Assembly (NCBI GenBank): GCA_024276825.1
Contig: JAJRWI010000042.1
Span: 32,001-96,000, forward strand
Direction of reading: 5' to 3'
DNA from: an archaeon
GTDB lineage: Archaea > Asgardarchaeota > Thorarchaeia > Thorarchaeales > Thorarchaeaceae
Length of the DNA: 64,000 bases
Part shown: one piece after another, positions 63,745 to 64,000 of the stretch
Layout: every line of letters begins with the position of its first letter
How positions within the stretch are numbered: position 1 is the stretch's first letter
The notes under the pieces: generated by a model
What the model saw: the letters and a program-made list of their open reading frames with translations, nothing else
What the model was told of the DNA's origin: nothing
The model's database searches: none
Made by a program: the position numbers and the translations under genes

Positions 63745-64000
63745 ACTTACTTTCTTTTCTCATCGAGAGTAATTGCCAGATGATTGAGAGGCCAAAGAGA
63801 AAGCCCACAATAGAAGTCAGGCCCCACTCAATTTGAAATATCTCTGGAAGTAAGACTGGGTTATTGGGAAATATTGGAAAGAGTGAGTAGGCAAGAACAT
63901 TCCATGAGAAGTGGAAACCGATTGGAATCCAAAGTCTTCTTCCCGACATGTAGTATGAATAGGCAAGGACCACACCCCCAAGAAACAGATTTAGAGAGAA
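63743..64000 (-). CDS. CPBP (CAAX/Abi) intramembrane metalloprotease, 5' end beyond window
   Basis: G.VLAYSY...LWIPIGFHFSWN (HxxxN motif 4). Confidence 0.8.
   Translation of the reverse strand, partial: FSLNLFLGGVVLAYSYYMSGRRLWIPIGFHFSWNVLAYSLFPIFPNNPVLLPEIFQIEWGLTSIVGFLFGLSIIWQLLSMRKESK

Overview
Archaeal chromosomal DNA, most likely from an Asgard archaeon (Thorarchaeia-like). This assignment is inferred from a stand-alone ESCRT-III/Snf7 gene, a short histone, a presenilin-like protease, PH-like and longin-like proteins, and surface proteins ending in a Thr-rich linker, TM helix and basic tail. Most of the window is gene-dense housekeeping: peptide and amino-acid catabolism (AOR plus ferredoxin, ilvE, gdhA, an unusual Dpp/Opp ABC system), nucleotide metabolism (dcd, PRPP-synthetase-like, udp, surE), thrC, wecB, PGI/PMI, Mrp, CcdA/TlpA and slipin/NfeD. 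I recognised no rRNA, tRNA, CRISPR array or transposase. The most notable signals not explained by the ORF track are: (1) a chlD-like AAA+/vWA gene split at an A10G slippery site, whose -1 frameshift product carries a transmembrane hairpin; (2) two tandem stem-loop candidate small RNAs sharing a CU-rich (anti-Shine-Dalgarno-like) loop; (3) a ~175-bp dispersed element in three copies, two at gene-truncation points; (4) a two-hairpin leader burying the gdhA RBS and start codon; (5) a circularly permuted family-5 solute-binding protein beside duplicated DppC permeases; (6) a 56-aa histone missed by the ORF track; (7) a giant beta-propeller surface protein whose signal-peptide start is out of frame at an A9 tract; (8) an AT-rich three-gene HEPN cassette. 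All family calls come from motif recognition by eye; no searches were run.
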